64,000 nucleotides of DNA from Sphingobacteriales bacterium 39-19 (GTDB taxonomy: Bacteria > Bacteroidota > Bacteroidia > Chitinophagales > Chitinophagaceae), in NCBI GenBank assembly GCA_001898465.1, contig MKTX01000003.1:123684-187683 (forward strand). The letters run 5' to 3'. The notes under the pieces are model-generated. The model had not been told where the DNA came from and did not search any database. It saw nothing but the letters and a program-made list of their open reading frames with translations. Below are positions 57,407-64,000 of this stretch, piece after piece. Each line of letters opens with the position of its first letter. Position 1 is the stretch's first letter. Position numbers and translations under genes: made by a program.

Positions 57407-58063
57407 TTATAAGTTTATAAGTGTAAAAAATTCTTGTTTATTCACTGTATTGATAAAACTGCCATGCAGGCTGTTTGTAATCGTTTCACATCCCTGCTGT
57501 GCCACTCCTCTTGATGCAATGCATAAATGAGAGGCTTTTAAAATTACAGCTACATCTTCAGTTTGCAATACTTTTTTTATATGATCTGCAATTTGTGCAG
57601 TCAGCCTTTCCTGTATTTGCGGCCTCCTGGCATAAAAATCTACAATCCTGTTTAGCTTTGACAACCCAATTACTTTTCCTTTTGAAATATAAGCGATATG
57701 GGCTTTCCCTATAAATGGTACAAAATGATGCTCACAATAAGAAAAGACTGGAATATTCTTCTCCACAACCATTTCATTGTATTTGAATTTATTTTCAAAT
57801 AAAGTTATTCCCGGTTCATTGGCCGGGTTTAAACCTTTAAAAATTTCCTGCACATACATTTTCGCAACCCGCCGGGCTGTATCCTTAAGGCCGTCCTCGT
57901 GTAAATTAAGGCCCAGAGCTTCCATGATTTTAGAAAAATGATATTCTATACTTTTCTCCTGCGATGAAATATCCATCTTATTATCAGTAAATACGGCATT
58001 TATTATTTTACCATTTGGCGTAAATTCTTTTTTAACTGCAGGAGTGAAATCTGTAATATCCAT
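57407..58063 (-). CDS. folE: GTP cyclohydrolase I (type 1)
   Basis: [18 protein letters not shown] and RPQIQERLT motifs. ATG at 58063 preferred over the TTG at 58099. Confidence 0.94.
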   Translation of the reverse strand: MDITDFTPAVKKEFTPNGKIINAVFTDNKMDISSQEKSIEYHFSKIMEALGLNLHEDGLKDTARRVAKMYVQEIFKGLNPANEPGITLFENKFKYNEMVVEKNIPVFSYCEHHFVPFIGKAHIAYISKGKVIGLSKLNRIVDFYARRPQIQERLTAQIADHIKKVLQTEDVAVILKASHLCIASRGVAQQGCETITNSLHGSFINTVNKQEFFTLINL

Positions 58064-58199
58064 CGTATATATTATATTTTTATTTTTTGTGCTGCACAAT
58101 ACAGGGTATCCTGTTTCACAGGATTCAATTGAATAAGTATCCTTACCTTCACGTTGTGTTTACATTCATCTTCTTACTTCATTAGAGCAATCCTAAAAC

Positions 58200-58239
58200 A
58201 AAAGGTTACAGAATAAATTGGCAAAAGCTGTAACCTTTT
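58200..58239. promoter_or_regulatory. Perfect 12-bp inverted repeat with a 16-bp spacer, overlapping the -33 region of the ECF sigma promoter (candidate operator)
   Basis: AAAAGGTTACAG (58200-11) ... CTGTAACCTTTT (58228-39). The flanking genes diverge, so it cannot be a terminator for either. Confidence 0.45.
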
Positions 58240-58247
58240 TATCTTTG
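58240..58247 (+). promoter_or_regulatory. TAnnTTTG -7 box upstream of the ECF sigma factor gene
   Basis: TATCTTTG at 58240-47, 17 nt before the ATG at 58265. A TTG at 58218-20 lies 19 nt upstream (candidate -33). Confidence 0.55.
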
Positions 58248-58264
58248 AATAATCTAAACGCATT

Positions 58265-58909
58265 ATGATAGGTCAATCTATTGCATTAGCCGATATGACT
58301 CCCGATGGAGAATTGGTTCATCGTATAAAAACCGGTGAAAAGGAATTATTTGAAATTATCATGCGAAGGTATAACCAAAGGATGTACCGCATTGGAATGT
58401 CAATACTGGCCGATGAAGCAGAAACGGAAGATGCGATGCAAAATGCCTATATCAGTTGTTACGAACATTTACAGCAGTTTGAGAGCCGGAGCGCTTTTAG
58501 TACCTGGCTTACCAGGATCATGATCAATCAATGTTTTGAACAAAAGCGTAAACAAAAAAAATATACCATGAAGGTTGAAAATACGGGCCATACAGCCACT
58601 TCATCTTCACCCGATGCTTTATTGGTAAATAAAGAATTAGGAAATGTTATGGAAAAGGCAATAGCCCAGCTTCCGGAAATTTATCGTACCGTTTTTGTAT
58701 TGCGTGAAATTGAAGATCTTTCAGTAAAAGAAACATCAGAGGTATTAAGCATCGAAGTGCCGAATGTAAAAGTGAGATTAAACAGGGCCAAAACAATGCT
58801 TAAAGAAAGTTTAAGCGGTTATATGAATCATCATGTATATGATTTTCATCTTTCTAAATGCGACAGGGTTGTGAGTTTTGTAATGAACCGGGTATTGGCG
58901 ATGCCTTAA
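58265..58909 (+). CDS. ECF-type RNA polymerase sigma-70 factor with a ~30-aa C-terminal tail
   Basis: Region 2 (FEIIMRRYNQRMYRIGMSIL..DAMQNAYI, FSTWLTRIMINQC) and region 4 HTH (REIEDLSVKETSEVLSIEVPNVKVRLNRAK). Extra tail GYMNHHVYDFHLSKCDRVVSFVMNRVLAMP. Confidence 0.9.
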   Translation: MIGQSIALADMTPDGELVHRIKTGEKELFEIIMRRYNQRMYRIGMSILADEAETEDAMQNAYISCYEHLQQFESRSAFSTWLTRIMINQCFEQKRKQKKYTMKVENTGHTATSSSPDALLVNKELGNVMEKAIAQLPEIYRTVFVLREIEDLSVKETSEVLSIEVPNVKVRLNRAKTMLKESLSGYMNHHVYDFHLSKCDRVVSFVMNRVLAMP

Positions 58910-58910
58910 T

Positions 58911-60809
58911 TTAATCTTTATTCCAGGTTTTTTGTACCAGCCTTTGCCCCTTGGCCAATAATTTTAAAGACTGTCTTTTTATTGAAATATTACTTCCATA
59001 ATGTTGCTCTTGTTCCATTGTAATTTTATAAGCATCCATAATATTTCGATAGCTGATAGACCCAATCACTTCCTGCTTCTCGTCAACTACGGGCAAAAGA
59101 TCCAAATTTTCTTTTGCCATAATTTGAACCGCCGTTTTTAAAGTATCATTGGCTCTTACCCGCATATTCCTTCTTTTTACCAGTGTGGATACCGGTTGTT
59201 GTACCGGGTGTTGCTCACTCCATAAATTGGAGGCGCTGATAACACCTGAAAATAAATCATCTTCACTAACCAATAAATAATAATTGGCTGCCGATGAAGG
59301 ATTTTCTTTGAGCCAGGCCCTCAGCTCGGCAATAGAATTTGAATCATTTATAACCAGGGCTTCCTCATTCATCATTCTTTGTACCGTAAACTGTTCTAAA
59401 ATATCAGGCGTATAGGTTTCCGGTGTTTTAATGCCCCGCCGGGCAATTTTTTCCGTCATAATGGTATTCTCCATCAGGAAAAAAGAAATAAGGTAGGCAA
59501 TAGAGCAGGCAGCAAGCAAGGGGAGTAATGCATTAAACTGCCCTGTGGTTTCCAGGGCAAAAATGATAGATGTTAAAAATGCTCTTGAAGCCCCGGCAAA
59601 CATAGCAGACATCCCTACTAAGGCAGCCAGTGAGATGGATATACCTACCCCCGGGAAAATTTTTTGTAATGCAATTCCTATTACGGCTCCTGCCGCTCCT
59701 CCAATTGTAAGCAAGGGCGCCAGTGTACCGCCCGATGTGCCACTGGCAAGCGCTACAGACCAGGATAAAAATTTAAACAGGCATAAATAACCCAGTATTT
59801 TCAGTGATTGTGTGCCGGCCAATACATCGGTAATATTATTATATCCTACCCCCAGTGTACGGGGGTCTATATACCCTATAATACCTACAAATAAACCACC
59901 GATGGCAGGCCACCACATCCAGTGGATGGGAAGTTTCTCAAAATGATCTTCCAGCCAATACACAATTTTAGTAACCAGGATAGATAATAAGCCGATAGCC
60001 AAACCAATCATGCTGTATAAGAATAATGCCTGGTTGCCGGGCATGGCAATTTCATGGGCAATAGGAAATACAGGACCGGGATCAAATAATACATGATGCC
60101 CTGCTGCACCGGTTATACAAGCTAAAGCCACCGGTATGATAGAGGCAGGAGAAAACTCAAATAATAAAAGTTCTACCGCAAGAAAAATAGCTGCCACCGG
60201 GCTGCCAAATATAGCGGCCATACCCGCCGTGGCGCCGGCAGCCAATAATATTTTTCGTTCATTGTGCGAAATTTTCATAACCTGCCCCAGGGTAGAACCT
60301 AAGGCACCACCCGTTGCAATGATGGGGCCTTCTGCGCCAAACGGGCCACCCGTGCCAATTGCAATGGCCGATGATAATGGTTTTAAATAGGTAATAGTAG
60401 GCTTAATCTTACTATCATTGGTAAGAATCTGTTCCATTGCTTCGGGTATGCCATGCCCACGGATGGCTTTAGAACCATATAAAGCCATAAACCCAATAAT
60501 GACTCCGCCAATTGCTGGAATAAAAATAACCCACCAGCCTAAATGATTATCCTGGGGTAATATATGGGTAGTACTGAATTCGCCAAAAAAGGAAATATGG
60601 GTTACCAGGTAAATAAGATCTACTAAAAATCTTGCAATTACACTAATACAGGCCGCCACCACGATGGCAAAAAATGAAATACGCAGGATCCTGTTTTTGG
60701 GATGTGGTTCGTTTTTTAAATGTTTCTCTTCTTCCGGCGGCGTTTGTAATGAAGTGGAAACCGGGATACCTGTAAATGAATTAAATTTATTTATCATCTT
60801 AGGTTGCAA
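58911..60809 (-). CDS. ClC-family chloride channel/antiporter with a C-terminal CBS pair
   Basis: Selectivity motifs RGHGIPE, GGPFGAEGP and GGTLAPLL. A C-terminal CBS-like region of about 150 aa. Confidence 0.9.
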   Translation of the reverse strand: MQPKMINKFNSFTGIPVSTSLQTPPEEEKHLKNEPHPKNRILRISFFAIVVAACISVIARFLVDLIYLVTHISFFGEFSTTHILPQDNHLGWWVIFIPAIGGVIIGFMALYGSKAIRGHGIPEAMEQILTNDSKIKPTITYLKPLSSAIAIGTGGPFGAEGPIIATGGALGSTLGQVMKISHNERKILLAAGATAGMAAIFGSPVAAIFLAVELLLFEFSPASIIPVALACITGAAGHHVLFDPGPVFPIAHEIAMPGNQALFLYSMIGLAIGLLSILVTKIVYWLEDHFEKLPIHWMWWPAIGGLFVGIIGYIDPRTLGVGYNNITDVLAGTQSLKILGYLCLFKFLSWSVALASGTSGGTLAPLLTIGGAAGAVIGIALQKIFPGVGISISLAALVGMSAMFAGASRAFLTSIIFALETTGQFNALLPLLAACSIAYLISFFLMENTIMTEKIARRGIKTPETYTPDILEQFTVQRMMNEEALVINDSNSIAELRAWLKENPSSAANYYLLVSEDDLFSGVISASNLWSEQHPVQQPVSTLVKRRNMRVRANDTLKTAVQIMAKENLDLLPVVDEKQEVIGSISYRNIMDAYKITMEQEQHYGSNISIKRQSLKLLAKGQRLVQKTWNKD

Positions 60810-60892
60810 AAATATAACATCCGGGCTAAATGGTTTTAATCATTTTTTAGTAAAAATTATTTTATATAATTAATTTTATTAAAATTAAAATC

Positions 60893-61414
60893 ATGCTGCG
60901 ATCAGAATTAAAAATTTTACCTGCCTATTTTGATAAGTATATTAATCTTTGTGATGATGCAGATATTGTTGAAGCCATCCAAACCAGCATTACAGAATTA
61001 AAACAAGCGCCCGTAAAAGATTGGGAAGCATTGGGTAATAAAGTATATGCACCGGGTAAATGGACCATTCCAGACATTTTGCAGCATTTAATTGATACTG
61101 AAAGGGTTTTTTGTTACCGGGCTTTATGTTTTGCCCGTAAAGACAAGCAAACCATGATAGGAATGGATGAAAACAGTTACGCTTTGGAAGCATGCGCCAG
61201 TAACCGGGGTATCCTGTCGCTCATTGAAGAATTGATCATCTCCCATCAATCTTTTTTATTGATGTATAAATCATTTACACCGCATATGCTGGGGCAGGAG
61301 GGGCATGGCTTTGCAGGTAAATATAGCGTGGCAGATATAGGTTTCATTATGCCGGGCCACCAGCGCTGGCATTTTAAAACCATCCGGGAAAAGTATCTTC
61401 CTTTATTGGGTTAA
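60893..61414 (+). CDS. DinB-family four-helix-bundle protein
   Basis: WTIPDILQHLIDTERVF and a C-terminal H-x-x-x-H type (MPGHQRWH) metal-ligand pattern typical of DinB_2. Confidence 0.65.
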   Translation: MLRSELKILPAYFDKYINLCDDADIVEAIQTSITELKQAPVKDWEALGNKVYAPGKWTIPDILQHLIDTERVFCYRALCFARKDKQTMIGMDENSYALEACASNRGILSLIEELIISHQSFLLMYKSFTPHMLGQEGHGFAGKYSVADIGFIMPGHQRWHFKTIREKYLPLLG

Positions 61415-61714
61415 ATACATTTACAACAAATAGTATTGTAATATGTTATTGATAAAATAATATTATTATTCATACGCTTATTTCTTTTTTGGATAAAGAG
61501 TAAACAGGTATTTACAAAATGTTTTCCCGGCAGAAATCAGGAATCTCATTTTATCTAAGTAGGTAAACAGTAGCCTATTAAAATGTGCAGAAGTTGTGAT
61601 TGTTAAAAAAAAATAACACTCCTTTTACAATAATAAGTTAATCTAAGAGTTAAATTTATGGCATGATTTGATTTCTACCTTCTACTTTTCTTTCACAATT
61701 TAAAAAAATATAAC

Positions 61715-62230
61715 ATGGACACTGGCAAATTACAGTATTTACATGCTGTATCTGTTGCTGAGCAAACCCACAATAACACCACCAGTTGGGTTGGCCTGTT
61801 TCCAATACAGGCGTTTGAAATCAGCAAAGGACAAACCTTTGAAACACACACGGAAGGTGACTTAGAAAGCATTGAAGTGTTTTCTAATCTTATTACAAAA
61901 CCTGGTCATTTAGAATTGAGCATTCACCAATTTGATCCGCTTGAAAAAAAGTGGAGCGATGCGATTGGTACTACATCAGTAGAAGTAAAAAAATCGGATG
62001 AAGGTAGCTGGATGAAATTTAATGTACCATCTTGTCATTTGGTAAAAGGCAAGCATTATGGTTTTAAATTAGTAAGCCACGATTGCCTCATAGGAATTGG
62101 TGAAGCCATGGGCAGCTCCAGTAACCCTCCTCTTACAAACGGGCAAGAATGGAAGTTTTCCGTAAACGGGCAGCATACCTCATTTAGTTATTGCAGCCTG
62201 GCATTTAAAGTGGCTTTAAAGGCAGCTTAG
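61715..62230 (+). CDS. Hypothetical soluble protein (171 aa)
   Basis: A clean ORF with normal G+C, preceded by a 300-bp stretch that is ~18 % G+C in the one 60-nt line I counted (61441). No signal peptide or recognisable motif. Confidence 0.5.
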   Translation: MDTGKLQYLHAVSVAEQTHNNTTSWVGLFPIQAFEISKGQTFETHTEGDLESIEVFSNLITKPGHLELSIHQFDPLEKKWSDAIGTTSVEVKKSDEGSWMKFNVPSCHLVKGKHYGFKLVSHDCLIGIGEAMGSSSNPPLTNGQEWKFSVNGQHTSFSYCSLAFKVALKAA

Positions 62231-62252
62231 TTTAAGCAAGTAAAATAAGTAA

Positions 62253-62297
62253 GCGCATTCCGTTTAACCGGGCCGGTTAAATAGTATGCGTTTTTTT
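62253..62297 (+). terminator. Rho-independent terminator
   Basis: GCGCAT..TTTAACCGG-G-CCGGTTAAA..ATGCG composite stem followed by TTTTTTT. Confidence 0.6.
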
Positions 62298-62371
62298 ATG
62301 CCATTGAAACTGCGGCATGAGGCTGTTTTTTGGGCAGCCTTTTCATAAGCATAAGAACAACTGTTTATGAA

Positions 62372-62635
62372 TTATCCACAGATCTTATTTTTCAGGAAGC
62401 TTTCGATGGTACTGCAGGGTACAAAAAAAGGTTTATCATCAATGGTAATATTGAGCAATGATCCATTTACCAAATAAGTTCCTGCAACGGTGTTGCCCAT
62501 TACCGTTATGTGAAACTGGCCTTCCCTGGCATCCCCGGTAAAGTTACCACCCGCCGACTCCACAGTTGTTTTTGCTTTGTTTAAAATTTCATCGGGGTTA
62601 CCGGTAAATGGAAAAGAAAAATTACATGCTGCCAT
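62372..62635 (-). CDS. Hypothetical small protein (87 aa)
   Basis: MAACNFSFPFTGNPDEILNKAKTTVESAGGNFTGD.... It vaguely resembles polyhydroxyalkanoate-system/DUF-type small alpha-beta proteins. ATG at 62635 preferred over 62698. Confidence 0.45.
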   Translation of the reverse strand: MAACNFSFPFTGNPDEILNKAKTTVESAGGNFTGDAREGQFHITVMGNTVAGTYLVNGSLLNITIDDKPFFVPCSTIESFLKNKICG

Positions 62636-62739
62636 CGTTTTATTTTTAAAATTAAGGTATTTGATGGGATTCTTTGTTTTAAAAAAAGATCTATGCATAA
62701 GAATATTATTTTATTATCTGAATAATAATATAAGCACTC

Positions 62740-62747
62740 TATTTTTG
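62740..62747 (+). promoter_or_regulatory. TAnnTTTG -7 box upstream of the FUSC-family gene
   Basis: TATTTTTG at 62740-47, 26 nt before the in-frame TTG at 62774. Confidence 0.5.
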
Positions 62748-62773
62748 CTTGCTGTAAACGAATCATCATTTTA

Positions 62774-64000
62774 TTGGATCAGATTACCACATATAAGAAT
62801 TTTGTAAATGGCCGTTTCCTCAATGAAGGCCTGCGCATGACGGCAGGTATTATATTACCCGCCTTTATTGCTTCGGCATTTGGCCAGTTGCAAACGGGGA
62901 TACTTATCTCTTTGGGGGCGCTTTGCGGGAGCATTGCCGATACACCCGGCCCCGTGCATTACCGCAGAAACGGCATGTTCTTTAGCAATATACTCATAAG
63001 CCTGGTTGCCATTATTATTGGCTATGCATCTCATTTTCCTTTTTTACTGGCAATACTCATATTTATATTTGGATTTATTTTTTCCATGTTATCCGTATAC
63101 GGAGCCCGTATTTCTGCCATCGGTATTGCTGCGCTGATCATCATGGTGCTGAACCTGGAAACGAAACGTACCGGCTTAGATGTATTGTGGTATGCCTTGT
63201 ACATCTTTGCAGGCGCTACCTGGTATATGTTTTTTAGCCTGGCCTTATATAGTTTACGCCCATACAGGATCATTCAGCAAACCCTCGGCGATTTTATTAT
63301 ACATACCGGCACTTACCTGCAGGGCAGGGGCGATTTTTATAAACCCAACCCGGATATTGATAAAATTACCAATAACCTCATGGAGCAACAGGTAAAACTG
63401 CTGGAGGAGCAAACCCTGGTAAGCGACTTGTTGTTTAAAACAAGAGAATTCACCAGGGAATCTTCGGTTATGAGCCGCGGACTTTTAAAAATGTATGTGG
63501 ATGTAGCGGAAATGTTTGAGTCCATCATTACTTCTTTCCAGGATTACCATTTGCTGCATCAGCAATTTGATTATACCGGTATCCTGCCCATGATCCATCA
63601 GCAAATTGATAAGCTGGCTATGGAATTGAAACATATCGGTATCGAAGTAAAGAGTGGAAGCCCCGCCATGCCAGTTACTACCTATTTAGAAGGCCTGGAT
63701 GAATTGGTAGATAAATTTGAAGGGTTAAGGAAGCATGATATGAATGAAAACAACCTGGAACACTATGTGGGGTTGGGGGCCATTATCCGCAACCTGCGCA
63801 TACTTACTCAAAAAGTAACAGACCTGCAATATTATACCCGTTTTGATAAGAAAGCGAAAAAAGTTAAAGATGCTGAAGAAGTAAATTATTCTGCGGAGCA
63901 AAAAAATGAGTTGTTTCTCTTCTTTAATAATTTTAATATAAGTTCTAATATTTTTCGACATTCACTACGGGTTGCCATTGCCTTATTAATGGGTTATCTC
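62774..64000 (+). CDS. FUSC/YccS-family integral membrane protein, 3'-truncated by the window end
   Basis: My translation is (M)DQITTYKNFVNGRFLNEGLRMTAGIILPAFIASAFGQLQTGILISLGALCGSIADTPGPVHYRRNG..., open to position 64000 (409 codons). Absent from the ORF track because there is no stop. First ATG at 62837. The in-frame TTG at 62774 fits the family N-terminus better. Confidence 0.7.
   Translation, partial: MDQITTYKNFVNGRFLNEGLRMTAGIILPAFIASAFGQLQTGILISLGALCGSIADTPGPVHYRRNGMFFSNILISLVAIIIGYASHFPFLLAILIFIFGFIFSMLSVYGARISAIGIAALIIMVLNLETKRTGLDVLWYALYIFAGATWYMFFSLALYSLRPYRIIQQTLGDFIIHTGTYLQGRGDFYKPNPDIDKITNNLMEQQVKLLEEQTLVSDLLFKTREFTRESSVMSRGLLKMYVDVAEMFESIITSFQDYHLLHQQFDYTGILPMIHQQIDKLAMELKHIGIEVKSGSPAMPVTTYLEGLDELVDKFEGLRKHDMNENNLEHYVGLGAIIRNLRILTQKVTDLQYYTRFDKKAKKVKDAEEVNYSAEQKNELFLFFNNFNISSNIFRHSLRVAIALLMGYL

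Noticed and set aside
58064-58199. Possible riboswitch (THF/preQ1-type) in the folE upstream region
   Set aside because: Only a 6-bp palindrome (ATCCTG-TTTCA-CAGGAT, 58108-24) and a GTATCCT direct repeat are visible. I cannot match any riboswitch consensus by eye. The likely 5'UTR from the ATG at 58063 is short. It needs cmscan before any claim.

Overview
This 64-kb window reads as densely packed (about 95 % coding) core chromosome of a Bacteroidota bacterium. The phylum call is an inference. It rests on repeated TAnnTTTG -7 promoter boxes 15-30 nt upstream of start codons, the absence of Shine-Dalgarno sequences, and gene content (TSP3-OmpA porin, MqnD of the futalosine pathway, GSCFA, DUF4129/DUF4350/MoxR/DUF58 cluster, stand-alone PASTA protein next to ddl).

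Housekeeping genes I recognise:
- serA (3' end), type-II NADH dehydrogenase, lon, truB, valS, parE.
- An infA-rpmJ-rpsM-rpsK-rpsD-rpoA-rplQ block followed by carA.
- mqnD, purE, miaE, cdd, ddl, folE.
- An acyl-CoA carboxylase split over two loci, an HtrA protease and an S8 peptidase.
- A bacterial type-A RNase P RNA (rnpB) at 42325-42699, which the ORF track mis-reports as a 102-aa ORF. rpmJ (30692-30808) and a 3'-truncated FUSC-family gene (62774->64000) are also missing from the track.

I see no CRISPR array, transposase, integrase, tRNA/rRNA, restriction or other recognisable defence gene.

Candidates for something new are modest:
1. A tightly coupled 5-gene SpoIIM-like/DUF4129/DUF4350/MoxR/DUF58 membrane module of unknown function.
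2. A 1.1-kb, roughly 20 % G+C, gene-poor island between carA and mqnD holding only orphan mini-ORFs and two tandem hairpins.
3. Ribosomal protein L17 with a 126-aa C-terminal linker plus a helix-hairpin-helix-like domain.
4. Unusually long, structured spacers inside the alpha ribosomal operon.
5. A perfect 12-bp inverted repeat wrapped around the promoter of an orphan ECF sigma factor.
6. A 3.5 x 87-bp near-identical in-frame tandem repeat in an OmpA/TSP3 gene.

All functional calls come from motif recognition by eye. No database search was run.
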